This document shows, piece by piece, positions 19,759 to 29,422 of a stretch of DNA of 32,000 nt. Both the position numbers and the translations under genes were made by a program. The notes under the pieces are model-generated. The model made no database searches and had not been told where the DNA came from. It saw nothing but the letters and a program-made list of their open reading frames with translations. The stretch comes from Bacillus subtilis subsp. subtilis str. 168 (GTDB lineage Bacteria; Bacillota; Bacilli; Bacillales; Bacillaceae): NCBI RefSeq assembly GCF_000009045.1, contig NC_000964.3, positions 2,520,001 through 2,552,000 of the forward strand, read 5' to 3'. Numbering within the stretch: position 1 is the first letter of the stretch; each line of letters begins with the position of its first letter.

Positions 19759-20201
19759 CTTGATTCTCCCCCTTGCTGGCTTAATAAGTAGCGAACAGCA
19801 AGCTTGTAGCCTTCAGCTCCAAGACCGACAATCTGCCCTTTCGCAACAGGAGCGATAACCGACTGATGCCTGAATTCTTCCCTGGCGTATAAGTTTGATA
19901 AATGCACCTCTACCACAGGAAGACTGATGCTTGAAACAGCATCCCTGATCGCATAGCTGTAATGACTCAGGGCGCCGGGGTTCAGAACAATCCCGCTGTA
20001 TTGCTCCTCAGCCTCATGTATCGCATCTATCAAATCACCTTCGTGATTAGACTGGAAGAAAGTGAGCTGGATATGTAAGGCTTCAGCAAACTGAAAAAGA
20101 TCTGTTTCAATATCGGTCAGTGTCTGGCGGCCGAATACTTCAGGCTCACGACTCCCAAGCCGGTTAACATTCGGTCCGTTCAAAATCAAAAAATGAGGCA
20201 C
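19755..20201 (-). CDS. aroQ: Type II 3-dehydroquinate dehydratase
   Basis: 148 aa (formerly yqhS). Signature LNGPNVNRLG and HLSN motif. GTG start (plus cac at 20199..20201) with AAAGGAGAG SD. ATGA overlap with papA. Confidence 0.94.
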   Translation of the reverse strand: MPHFLILNGPNVNRLGSREPEVFGRQTLTDIETDLFQFAEALHIQLTFFQSNHEGDLIDAIHEAEEQYSGIVLNPGALSHYSYAIRDAVSSISLPVVEVHLSNLYAREEFRHQSVIAPVAKGQIVGLGAEGYKLAVRYLLSQQGGESR

Positions 20202-20234
20202 ACAATCTCTCCTTTTCGCGAGGGTTTCTCATGT

Positions 20235-20263
20235 AAAAAATGTTCACTTCTCGTGAACATTTT
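20235..20263 (-). terminator. Terminator-like hairpin between yqhR and aroQ
   Basis: Reverse strand reads AAUGUUCAC-GAGAA-GUGAACAUU followed by UUUUAC. The 9-bp perfect stem is 20239..20247 / 20253..20261. Confidence 0.7.
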
Positions 20264-20287
20264 ATCATACTGGAAAAGGATTATACA

Positions 20288-20824
20288 CTATTCTCTATGC
20301 ATTCCCAGCGCACGTGCAAGCTTTTCCGAATTCAGCTCATTGTATTCAAATGAAATAGAATACCCGACAAACAGCCCGTAAAGCAAATAAATGCAAATGG
20401 TCGTAATAATTGTATCTGATGTCAGTTCGGTCACCGTGCGCACATCTGGAAAAATCGGATTAAAAACAAAAAACACGAGCAGCCAAAGCACCAAGCCGTA
20501 TAAAATACCCGGCCACATTGTTTTTAAACGTTTCAATAGAAGAAAATAAAGAAATGCTGCGCCAATTGAAATTACTCCAATCAAAATGATGCTGATTACC
20601 GTTCCCAGCCCATGTTTTTTCCACTCTCCGAGTACAAACGGCTGCAATATCATATTCGGGCTGATTTCGGAAAAATGAAACAAATATGCGATATAAGCAA
20701 CGAAACTCCAAAGTACGCCTCCGCAAAAACCTGTTGCCGCCACCCTGCCGGCCATTGAAACAGGCGGCTTTTGCTTCTCATTCAATTCTTCATTTTGTTC
20801 TGTATCTTTTTCGCTTGTCATCAT
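20288..20824 (-). CDS. yqhR: Integral membrane protein of unknown function
   Basis: The start is set to the ATG pair at 20824/20821 (178 or 177 aa, MMTSEKDTEQ...), downstream of GGAGGTG. The ORF-track start at 20878 lacks an SD. Four to five hydrophobic helices. Confidence 0.85.
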   Translation of the reverse strand: MMTSEKDTEQNEELNEKQKPPVSMAGRVAATGFCGGVLWSFVAYIAYLFHFSEISPNMILQPFVLGEWKKHGLGTVISIILIGVISIGAAFLYFLLLKRLKTMWPGILYGLVLWLLVFFVFNPIFPDVRTVTELTSDTIITTICIYLLYGLFVGYSISFEYNELNSEKLARALGMHRE

Positions 20825-21050
20825 GGCACCTCCAGTTAAAGTGTGCCCAAAAAATGAAATGTCAATAAAAAAGCTCACACTTTTTGGCAGCTGCGAGTAA
20901 AATTTGAAAATAACGGGTATAATGCATGTAGAAAAAGCAAGGCTATGGCAATTTTTTCAGCCTGTCAATCTAGAGGTTTAGCGCTGTTTCCTGTACAATA
21001 GAGTGAAAGGAAATGGTTAGCAATCCTAAAGAAATAGGCAGGTTGATAAT

Positions 21051-22007
21051 ATGTCAAAACATAAAGTTCCGCCCGCTTACGGCGGGCAGGCTGTTGTGGA
21101 AGGCGTTATGTTTGGCGGAAAGCATCATTACGTTACAGCCATCAGAAGAACGGATGGAAGCATTGACTTTTTTAAGCTTCCACGCAAACACAACCCGAAA
21201 CTGAACATCGTGAAAAAGATACCGTTTTTACGGGGGATCGCGGCCATTATCGAAGCGAGTGCAAACGGCACAAAGCATTTGAATTTTTCAAGCGAACGTT
21301 ACGGGCTCGATCCATCTGAAGACGAGACACTTGAGCAGGAAGAAAAAAAATCCTCTGGGCTGTCTATGTATCTCAGCCTCGCAGTTATAGGCGTCCTATC
21401 ATTTTTGTTCAGTAAATTCGTATTTACATTGGTTCCAGTTTTCTTAGCGGAACTGACAAGGCCGATTTTTTCCTTGAACACAGCGCAAATCGCGATTGAA
21501 AGCCTGTTTAAGTTGATTTTGCTGCTCGGTTACATCTATTTTTTGTCCATGACACCGCTTATTAAAAGAGTGTTTCAATATCATGGAGCCGAACATAAAG
21601 TCATAAACTGTTATGAACAGAATTTGCCAATTACTGTGGAGAATGTCCAAAACCAATCTCGGCTTCATTACCGCTGCGGATCAAGCTTTATTTTATTTAC
21701 GATTATTGTCGGCATGTTTGTTTATTTACTCGTTCCGACAGATCCGCTTTGGCTGCGTGTTATAGATCGTGTCGCACTGATACCGGTCGTGCTTGGTATA
21801 TCCTTTGAAGTTCTGCAGCTGACAAACAAAGTGCGTGACATTCCCGGTCTGAAATTACTTGGGTACCCGGGACTTTGGCTTCAGCTGTTAACCACAAAGG
21901 AACCTAAGGATGAACAGGTTGAAGTTGCCATCGAAAGCTTTAACGAACTTCTCAGACTCGAAGCATTGTCTGAGCAAAATCAGAAGCCTTCTCACAACGT
22001 CATCTAA
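21051..22007 (+). CDS. yqhQ: Membrane protein of unknown function (DUF1385-like) with conserved HGAEHK motif
   Basis: 318 aa. Soluble N-terminal segment, then several TM helices. YHGAEHKVINCYE and YRCGSSF motifs suggest a metal-dependent active site. Confidence 0.88.
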   Translation: MSKHKVPPAYGGQAVVEGVMFGGKHHYVTAIRRTDGSIDFFKLPRKHNPKLNIVKKIPFLRGIAAIIEASANGTKHLNFSSERYGLDPSEDETLEQEEKKSSGLSMYLSLAVIGVLSFLFSKFVFTLVPVFLAELTRPIFSLNTAQIAIESLFKLILLLGYIYFLSMTPLIKRVFQYHGAEHKVINCYEQNLPITVENVQNQSRLHYRCGSSFILFTIIVGMFVYLLVPTDPLWLRVIDRVALIPVVLGISFEVLQLTNKVRDIPGLKLLGYPGLWLQLLTTKEPKDEQVEVAIESFNELLRLEALSEQNQKPSHNVI

Positions 22008-22046
22008 AATCCGTTGCCCTGCTATTACTTTCGGAGGTGGACAGTT

Positions 22047-22442
22047 ATGAATCATCGTGTACAACCTATTATTGCTGTATTAATTGCGCTGGGAGCGTTC
22101 GGTTTCCTCTATGTGCTGGTAACCAATCCCGGAGAAATGGCAAAAATGGCGGTAACCGTCATCGTGGCAGGTATCATTATTTATTTTATTGTGAAATATG
22201 TAATGAATCGAAATGCGGGCAGCGAAGGAGCAGCCTTCAAAAAAGCGGCGAAACAATCACGGCGCCGGATGAAAGAACAAAAAGCAAAACACCGCGCCGG
22301 ACATAAGGGACGTGTCAGCCACCTGCGAAGCGTTCCGAGCGCCAGCAAGCCTAAGCCGATGATTCTCAAGAAAAAAAGCCAGACTCAGCTGACTGTTATA
22401 GAAGGGAAAAAAAATAAAAAGAAAAACAGAGCGCTTTTTTAA
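22047..22442 (+). CDS. yqhP: Small membrane protein with a highly basic C-terminal tail
   Basis: The start is set to ATG 22047 (131 aa, MNHRVQPII...), preceded by GGAGGTGG-N6. The ORF-track TTG at 22014 lacks an SD. Two TM helices, then a K/R-rich tail. Confidence 0.85.
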   Translation: MNHRVQPIIAVLIALGAFGFLYVLVTNPGEMAKMAVTVIVAGIIIYFIVKYVMNRNAGSEGAAFKKAAKQSRRRMKEQKAKHRAGHKGRVSHLRSVPSASKPKPMILKKKSQTQLTVIEGKKNKKKNRALF

Positions 22443-22471
22443 TAGGTCCACTGCTTTAAAAACAGCTCTGT
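22426..22471. terminator. Imperfect hairpin spanning the overlapping yqhP/yqhO stop codons (possible bidirectional terminator)
   Basis: The 17-nt arms 22426..22442 and 22455..22471 match at 14 of 17 positions, including the 7-bp core ACAGAGC/GCUCUGU, with a 12-nt loop. U-rich tracts follow on both strands, much stronger on the minus strand. Confidence 0.45.
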
Positions 22472-23314
22472 CCGTCTTTTACCTAGCTCAATCAGGGCTA
22501 GTTTTTTTTGTTGTGTTAAATGAAAATCAGTGGCCATTACGTCATCAACAGGGAGAAAAATGATATTTTGTTCATAGCGTGACGCAATGTGCCTTGCGTC
22601 ATGAGCATCCTTCATCGTTTCAAACAGGGCGCCGAACAGTTCAAAAGCGTTGCGGATATTTTTTTTCGGACGCTCTCTTTCACGCGGCGCAAGCGTGACA
22701 CCGATCACAGGGCGCTTTCTTTCCTTTGAAAACAGCCAGATTGGAAAATTGCTTAACACGCCTCCGTCGACAACCGTGGCGGTGCCTGTGTCCGTTTTTA
22801 ATTTTATCGGTTCAAAGAAATACGGAATGCTGCAGCTCATTCTGACCGCTCTGGCAACCGGGAACATATCTGGATTTAACCCGTAACGGGCCAAATCGTC
22901 CGGCAAAACAATCATGGTGCCGTTTGTCAGATCAGAAGCAATAAGGCGCAGAGACCCTTTCTGCAAATCGCCGAAAACCCTTATGCCTTTCGCTCTTAAC
23001 AGATCAGCAATCCATTTTTCTATCGTATCGCCTTTGTATAAGCCAAGACGCCAGTAGATGGACACCCACTGGAGCATCTTTAAGGGGAGAAATGAGTACC
23101 TCTGATCCAGCAATTTCTCTCCGTCCACTTCTTCAATTAAAGCGTGGATTTCCTTACTGGTGTAACCTGACGCAATGAAAGCGGCAATAATGGCGCCGGC
23201 GCTTGTACCCGCAACTCTTTTAAAGCGGAAGCCTTTTTCCTCAAGCACTTCATAAGCGCCTGCGAGCGCAATGCCTTTTACTCCTCCGCCGGAAAACACA
23301 CCGTCAATATACAT
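22439..23314 (-). CDS. yqhO: Patatin-like phospholipase
   Basis: 291 aa. Oxyanion-hole GGGVKG, nucleophile elbow GTSAG and catalytic-Asp motif DGG (VVDGGVLSNFP). Strong SD GGAGGGGGAGGG. Confidence 0.92.
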   Translation of the reverse strand: MYIDGVFSGGGVKGIALAGAYEVLEEKGFRFKRVAGTSAGAIIAAFIASGYTSKEIHALIEEVDGEKLLDQRYSFLPLKMLQWVSIYWRLGLYKGDTIEKWIADLLRAKGIRVFGDLQKGSLRLIASDLTNGTMIVLPDDLARYGLNPDMFPVARAVRMSCSIPYFFEPIKLKTDTGTATVVDGGVLSNFPIWLFSKERKRPVIGVTLAPRERERPKKNIRNAFELFGALFETMKDAHDARHIASRYEQNIIFLPVDDVMATDFHLTQQKKLALIELGKRRTELFLKQWTY

Positions 23315-23408
23315 CTCATTCCCTCCCCCTCCATCCGATCGTTTATTACCATTTTAAGAAAACACGCGAAGAAATAGACCAACGAATGACGGGTGGCGTC
23401 AGCGTATC

Positions 23409-23441
23409 AAAAAAGACGGCCTCCTTCGAGACCGCCTTTTT
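23409..23441 (-). terminator. Rho-independent terminator after mntR
   Basis: Reverse strand reads GGCGGUCUC-GAAG-GAGGCCGUC followed by UUUUUU. The 9-bp stem has two G-U pairs. It begins directly after the TAA at 23440..23442. Confidence 0.75.
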
Positions 23442-23868
23442 ACTGATTATGATGTTCTGTTTTCTTTTGGATTGATTTCAGATCTTTTTTACGGGCATCA
23501 TCTTCTTCAAAATATTGAACAAGATCCCCGATGCGATCAATACTGTTCCAGCTTAAATGATGTTCGATTCCTTCGACATCGTTATATATTTTCTCTTCAT
23601 CAACACCAATGATTCTTAAAAACTGCTCAAGCAATTCATGTCTGTATACCAGCCGTTTGCCTATTTTTTTCCCTTTAGACGTTAACACGAGACCGCGATA
23701 TTTTTCATAAATTAAATATTCGTCTTTATCTAGTTTTTGAACCATTTTTGTTACAGAGGAGGGATGGACTGCCAATGCTTCCGCGATATCGGAAACTCGT
23801 GCATATCCTTTTTCTTCAATCAGCATATAAATCTGTTCAATATAATCTTCCATACTTGGTGTTGTCAT
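23440..23868 (-). CDS. mntR: Manganese-responsive transcriptional regulator (DtxR family)
   Basis: The start is set to ATG 23868 (142 aa, [14 protein letters not shown]...), preceded by GGGAGGG. N-terminal wHTH ([22 protein letters not shown]) and a metal-binding dimerisation domain. Confidence 0.95.
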   Translation of the reverse strand: MTTPSMEDYIEQIYMLIEEKGYARVSDIAEALAVHPSSVTKMVQKLDKDEYLIYEKYRGLVLTSKGKKIGKRLVYRHELLEQFLRIIGVDEEKIYNDVEGIEHHLSWNSIDRIGDLVQYFEEDDARKKDLKSIQKKTEHHNQ

Positions 23869-23967
23869 CGAAACCCTCCCAAAAAGCACCTTAACTTTAT
23901 AAACCATTACAAGTTTACACTAATGAACTTGAAAAAACAAGGATGCTCCGCGGGTCAAAAGCCCTGT

Positions 23968-24804
23968 TTACCGCTTATAATTCCATTCATCTGAAGCGTA
24001 CTTTGTTTCAGCCAAGTGATGAACAAAATCAAGCTCTTCCTGAGAAAGTTCATATGGCTCCAAATGAATGTTAAGACCTGTTTCAAATCCTTCTTTAAAG
24101 GCTTTACGAGCCTCATCCATCGTCACCCGCTTTTCGATGAGTTCATTAATGGCAACCGCTTTATTTTTGAAATTGCGCTGCATCCGCTCTCTTACTCTTT
24201 CACTTGGATATAAGAACAGATCGAACAGCTTGTCCTCATCTAAATCAAGAAGAATGGAGCCATGCTGAAGAATCACACCTTTTTGTCTCGTTTGCGCGCT
24301 TCCCGCCACCTTGCGCCCCTCAACCACTAGTTCATACCACGAAGGCGCGTCAAAACAAACAGATGACCGCGGATTTTTTAAGCTTTCTTTTTCTTTTTCA
24401 GTTCTCGGGATGGCAAAGTAAGCGTCCAGACCGAGATTTCTAAAGCCTTGAAGTATGCCTTCTGAAATAACCCGGTAAGCCTCAGTAACAGTCGCCGGCA
24501 TCTCGGGGTGCTCTTCCGAAACAATTACGCTGTATGTCAGTTCCTGATCGTGCAGCACACCTCTCCCGCCGGTCGGGCGTCTGACGAATCCGAGATTATA
24601 TTTATGTACTGCTTCAAAATTGATTTCCTTTTTAATATTTTGAAAATACCCTACAGAAAGTGTCGCCGGATTCCAGCCGTAAAAACGGATAACCGGGGGG
24701 ATTTTCTTTTCGCTGTGCCAATATAAAAGCGCTTCATCAAGCGCCATATTGAATGCAGGACTTGCATTGCCTGAGTCTATAAACCGCCAAGTTTCTTTTT
24801 GCAT
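23968..24804 (-). CDS. lipM: Octanoyltransferase (octanoyl-ACP:GcvH) of lipoate synthesis, LplA/LipB superfamily
   Basis: 278 aa (formerly yqhM). BPL/LPL catalytic-domain sequence (GYFQN...[11 protein letters not shown]...GRKVAGSAQ). Confidence 0.92.
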   Translation of the reverse strand: MQKETWRFIDSGNASPAFNMALDEALLYWHSEKKIPPVIRFYGWNPATLSVGYFQNIKKEINFEAVHKYNLGFVRRPTGGRGVLHDQELTYSVIVSEEHPEMPATVTEAYRVISEGILQGFRNLGLDAYFAIPRTEKEKESLKNPRSSVCFDAPSWYELVVEGRKVAGSAQTRQKGVILQHGSILLDLDEDKLFDLFLYPSERVRERMQRNFKNKAVAINELIEKRVTMDEARKAFKEGFETGLNIHLEPYELSQEELDFVHHLAETKYASDEWNYKR

Positions 24805-24885
24805 TTTAAGACCTTCCTTACCGTTTTAATAGAATCAGTTTATCAAACTGTCGGGAAAATGAAAAATATTTTAGTTCCATTATAG

Positions 24886-24914
24886 ATGACAATCACGCTG
24901 TGCTTTACTATAAT
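24886..24914 (+). promoter_or_regulatory. Candidate sigma-A promoter for yqhL
   Basis: ATGACA-N17-TATAAT on the plus strand, about 80 nt upstream of the yqhL TTG start. Confidence 0.6.
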
Positions 24915-24994
24915 AGTATTTGTCGAAAACGGCTCTATGACCTTGTTTTATGAAGCAGGGTTTTGATTTTATATGCTAAAGGAGTAGAATCACA

Positions 24995-25375
24995 TTGTCT
25001 AATATGATCGTTTTGATTATTTTTGCTGCATTTATCATCTATATGATTGCTTCATATGTCTATCAGCAGCGAATTATGAAAACACTTACCGAAGAAGAAT
25101 TCCGCGCGGGTTACCGCAAAGCGCAGCTTATTGATGTTCGTGAGCCAAATGAGTTTGAGGGCGGACATATTTTAGGCGCCCGCAACATCCCGCTTTCCCA
25201 GCTGAAACAGAGAAAAAATGAGATCCGTACGGACAAGCCTGTTTACCTGTACTGCCAAAACAGTGTCCGCAGCGGACGCGCGGCACAAACCCTGCGCAAA
25301 AACGGCTGCACTGAGATTTACAACCTAAAAGGCGGCTTTAAAAAATGGGGCGGAAAGATTAAAGCGAAGAAATAA
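24995..25375 (+). CDS. yqhL: Membrane-anchored single-domain rhodanese (sulfurtransferase)
   Basis: 126 aa. TTG start after AAAGGAG. N-terminal TM helix. Rhodanese active-site loop CQNSVRSGR. Confidence 0.9.
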   Translation: MSNMIVLIIFAAFIIYMIASYVYQQRIMKTLTEEEFRAGYRKAQLIDVREPNEFEGGHILGARNIPLSQLKQRKNEIRTDKPVYLYCQNSVRSGRAAQTLRKNGCTEIYNLKGGFKKWGGKIKAKK

Positions 25376-25408
25376 AGCAAACAGCTGTCTGGTAGACAGC
25401 TGTTTTTA
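25376..25408. terminator. Bidirectional rho-independent terminator shared by yqhL (+) and gcvPB (-)
   Basis: AAACAGCUGUC-UGGUA-GACAGCUGUUU, an 11-bp perfect stem at 25379..25389 / 25395..25405. It is flanked by A-rich sequence on one side and a T-run on the other, between two convergent stops. Confidence 0.88.
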
Positions 25409-25409
25409 T

Positions 25410-26876
25410 TTATCTTTCTTCCGCCTCGTATCTGAGCACTGGGTGTCTCGCCGCTTTTGTTTCATCCATTCTTTTTACAATCGTTGTATGCGGGGCCTCC
25501 TGAACAAGCTCCGGATTCTCCTCCGCTTCTTTTGCGATTTGAATCATAGCATCAATAAACGCGTCCAGTGTTTCCTTTGATTCGGTCTCTGTCGGCTCGA
25601 TCATGATGCATTCTTCAACATTAAGCGGGAAATAAATCGTCGGCGGATGATAGCCGAAATCAAGGAGCCGTTTTGCAATATCAAGCGTACGCACTCCCAG
25701 CTTTTTCTGCCGCTTCCCTGATAATACAAATTCATGCTTGCAATGGCGGTCAAACGGAAGATCGTAATAAGGCGCGAGTTTTCTCATCATATAATTGGCG
25801 TTTAACACTGCGTTCTCAGTAACAGCCTTTAATCCGTCAGGCCCCATGGAGCGAATATACGTATACGCTCTCACATTAATGCCAAAGTTGCCGTAATACG
25901 GCTTCACACGGCCGATCGCATGAGGGCGGTCATAATCAAACGTAAAGCGCCCTTCTTTTTTGACTAAAACTGGCTTTGGCAAATAAGGAATCAGATCTTG
26001 TTTTACGCCGACAGGGCCTGAGCCGGGGCCTCCGCCGCCATGAGGGCCTGTGAATGTTTTATGCAGGTTGAGGTGCACCACGTCAAATCCCATATCACCA
26101 GGTCTCGCCTTGCTTAAAACGGCATTTAAATTAGCGCCGTCATAATACAGTTTCCCCCCCGCTTGGTGTACAATTTCCGCCATCTCTGTAATCTGCTCCT
26201 CAAACAAGCCGAGCGTGTTCGGATTCGTCAGCATAAGAGCTGCAGTTTCTTCATTCACTGCTCTTTTTAAATCCTCTAAATCAACAAGCCCTTTTTCATT
26301 CGATTTCACCGTAACGGTTTCAAAGCCTGCTACTGTTGCTGATGCAGGATTCGTCCCATGCGCGGAATCAGGGACAATGACCTTCGTCCGCTTGAAATCC
26401 CCGCGAGCTTCATGATAGGCACGGATCATCATCAGCCCCGTCCATTCGCCGTGCGCTCCGGCAGCAGGCTGAAGCGTAACCTCATCCATTCCCGTTATTT
26501 CTTCAAGGTGTTTGCTTAAATCATATAAAAGCTCTAATGCGCCTTGCACCGTGTCTTCATCCTGAAGAGGATGAATCGCAGCAAAACCAGGAATACGTGC
26601 GATTTTTTCATTGATTTTCGGATTATATTTCATCGTGCAAGAACCGAGAGGATAAAAACCGGAATCCACCCCGTGATTGCGTTTGGACAGCGCTGTATAA
26701 TGGCGCATGATGTCCAGCTCTGAAACCTCCGGCAGCGCTGCGTCTTCGTCACGAATATAGGTGTCTGACAAGAGGTCCCCCAATTCGATTTCCGGTACAT
26801 CGAGCTCCGGCAGACTATAGCCGATTCGGCCTTCTCTTGAAAGTTCAAAAATAAGTGCCTGGTCCTGATTACTCAT
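25410..26876 (-). CDS. gcvPB: Glycine dehydrogenase (decarboxylating), P-protein subunit 2
   Basis: The start is set to ATG 26876 (488 aa, [10 protein letters not shown]...), preceded by GGGGGA. PLP-lysine motif HLNLHKTF. 8-nt overlap (ATGAGTAA) with the gcvPA stop. Confidence 0.96.
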
Positions 26877-28215
26877 GGCGATCCCCCAATTCCTGAATGA
26901 GTGCGTCAATTTCTTCTTTTGTTCTCAGCTCTGTTACAGCAATCAGCATATGGCAGTCCAGCTCTGGATACGTCAACCCAAGATCATATCCGCCAATCAT
27001 GCCTTTTGCCAGCAAACGCTTGTTCACAGCTCTCACCGGCTCATCCAGTTTGATGACAAATTCATTAAACATCGGCCCGTCAAACATAACAGTAAGGCCT
27101 GCTTTTTTTGCTTCTTGCTTTGCATAGTTGGCTTTTAAGAGATTTTGGCGGGCTATATCTTTTACGCCGTTTTTTCCGAGAGCAGTCATGGCCACTGATG
27201 CTGCCAGCGCATTTAAAGCTTGGTTCGAGCATATATTTGATGTTGCTTTATCCCGGCGGATATGCTGCTCCCTGGCTTGCAGGGTAAGCACAAAGCCTCT
27301 TTTTCCGTTTTCGTCTTCCGTTTGTCCGACGAGACGGCCCGGCACCTTTCTCATTAATTTTTTAGTAACGGCAAAAAAGCCGCAATGCGGGCCGCCGTAT
27401 GCTGAAGGAATGCCGAAAGGCTGCGCATCACCGACGACGATATCAGACTGAAACTTGCCCGGCGGAGTGAGAAGACCTAGCGCCAGCGGGTTGGCTGAAA
27501 CAATAAACATGGATTTCCCTTGATGAGCGATAGGCTCAATATCCTTTAGCGGCTCGATCCTGCCGAAAAAATTCGGGTACTGAACGATCACTGCGGCTGT
27601 GTTCTCGCAAACGGTTTGGCGCAATGCATCAAGATCCGTAACGCCATCCGCAGCGGGTACTTCAACAACATCAATATACTGACCTTTTGCGTAAGTTTTC
27701 AGCACCTCTCGCGATTCAGGATGCACGGTTTTTGACACAACAATTTTTTTCTTTTTCGTGTGGCCTGAAGCAAGCATTGCTGCTTCTGCCAAGGCTGTTC
27801 CGCCGTCATACATCGAGGAGTTGGCGATATCCATGCCTGTCAGTTCACAGATCATCGTTTGGAATTCAAAAATAGCCTGGAGCTCTCCTTGTGAAATCTC
27901 TGGCTGATAAGGCGTATATGCGGTATAAAACTCAGAGCGCGAAATGACATGATCCACAATGACAGGCTGATAGTGGTCATATACACCCGCTCCTAAGAAA
28001 GAAGCGTATTGTACGGTATCACGATTTTTAGAGGCCAGCTTTGTCAGTTCTCTTGTTAATTCTGTCTCTGATTTCGCTTTTTTGATTTGATGCTCTTTTT
28101 TATATTTGACGTTTTCCGGTATATCAGCAAATAAATCATCGATGCTGCTTACGCCGATAGTAGCAAGCATCTCCTGTTTATCCTTTTCTGTTGCGGGCAA
28201 ATAACGGTGCTTCAT
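26869..28215 (-). CDS. gcvPA: Glycine dehydrogenase (decarboxylating), P-protein subunit 1
   Basis: 448 aa. Typical N-terminal half of a split glycine-cleavage P-protein ([11 protein letters not shown] motif). Confidence 0.96.
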
Positions 28216-28244
28216 GTGTTGTCTCCTCTCTCCAAGAAAAAATA

Positions 28245-29333
28245 TTAGCGTTTATAAAATGGTGTTTTGACAACCTTTGCTTTCACTAATTTTTTGCGTA
28301 TCTCTACATCTACAACAGTCCCGATCTCACTCGTTTCCGAATCAATTAAGGCAAGGCCGACGTTTTTTCCTAATGTCGGTGACTGCGTGCCGGTTGTCAC
28401 CTTTCCGACAGACTTGCCATTTTGGAAAACCTCATATCCGTGCCGCGGTATCCCTTTTTCAATCATTTCGAGACCGACAAGTTTGCGCTTCGCTCCGTTT
28501 TCTTTTTGTTCACTCAATACTGACTTACCGAAAAAGTCAGACTCCTTTTTGTGCTTTACAGCAAAGCCTATACCTGCTTCAATCGGTGTAATATCCCGGG
28601 TCAGCTCCTGACCGTAGAGCGGGAGCTTCGCTTCAAACCGGAGTGTATCACGTGCACCGAGACCGCATGGAATCAATCCGTATGCATCCCCTGCATCGAT
28701 GATTTTTTTCCAAATATGCATAGCATCATCACTGCGGCAGTAAATTTCATACCCGTCTTCTCCCGTATAGCCAGTGCGTGAAATAAGTGCTTTGCGGCCG
28801 CTGATATCGGCTTCATCAATAAACGCAAACGGCTTTAATGCAGACACATCCGCATCTGTCAGATTTTTTAAGATCGCTTCTGCTTTCGGTCCCTGTACAG
28901 CCAAGAGCGCGATTTGATCTGACTGATTGTCAATCTGCACATCACCTGCTGCATGTTCTTTCATCCAAGCCAAGTCTTTATCTATATTAGAAGCATTAAT
29001 GACAAGCAGATAGCGGTTCTCTCCTTTTTGATAGATAAGCAAATCATCGACGGTTCCGCCATCCGGGTAACACATCGCTGTATATTGAGCACGGCCTGGC
29101 GTTAACGCGGAAACATCATTTGTCATCAATCTTTGCAAAAAAGACAGACTGTCGTTCCCTGACACTTCGACTTCTCCCATATGAGATACATCAAACAAAC
29201 CGGCTGCAGTTCGGACAGCCTCGTGTTCTTTTTTTATAGAAGAAAATTGAACAGGAAGCTCCCAGCCTCCGAAATCAATCGTTTTTCCTCCATATTCCTT
29301 ATACAGGTCAAATAACGGCGTTCTTTTCAGCAT
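28245..29333 (-). CDS. gcvT: Aminomethyltransferase (glycine cleavage T-protein)
   Basis: 362 aa. GcvT family ([20 protein letters not shown] motifs). First gene after the glycine riboswitch. Confidence 0.97.
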
Positions 29334-29375
29334 CTAATTCCTCCCCTTTATCAACGGCGCAGCTAAAAAACATAC

Positions 29376-29422
29376 AAAAAAGGACAGAGAAACACCTCAT
29401 GTAAAATGAAGGTTCTCTGTCC
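29376..29422 (-). terminator. Expression-platform terminator of the glycine riboswitch
   Basis: Reverse strand reads GGACAGAGAA-(21-nt loop)-UUCUCUGUCC followed by UUUUUU. Stem is 29382..29391 / 29413..29422. Confidence 0.85.

Noticed and set aside
20825-21050. Divergent yqhR/yqhQ promoter boxes: perfect TTGACA on the minus strand near 20862..20867 and TATAAT on the plus strand at 20918..20923
   Set aside because: Neither element has a credible partner hexamer at 16-18 nt spacing, so I could not define a promoter. The region probably does contain both promoters, but they are not called as features.
21013-21204. 63-aa plus-strand ORF just upstream of and overlapping yqhQ
   Set aside because: It is out of frame with yqhQ and overlaps it by about 150 nt. 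yqhQ from ATG 21051 gives a full-length conserved membrane protein.
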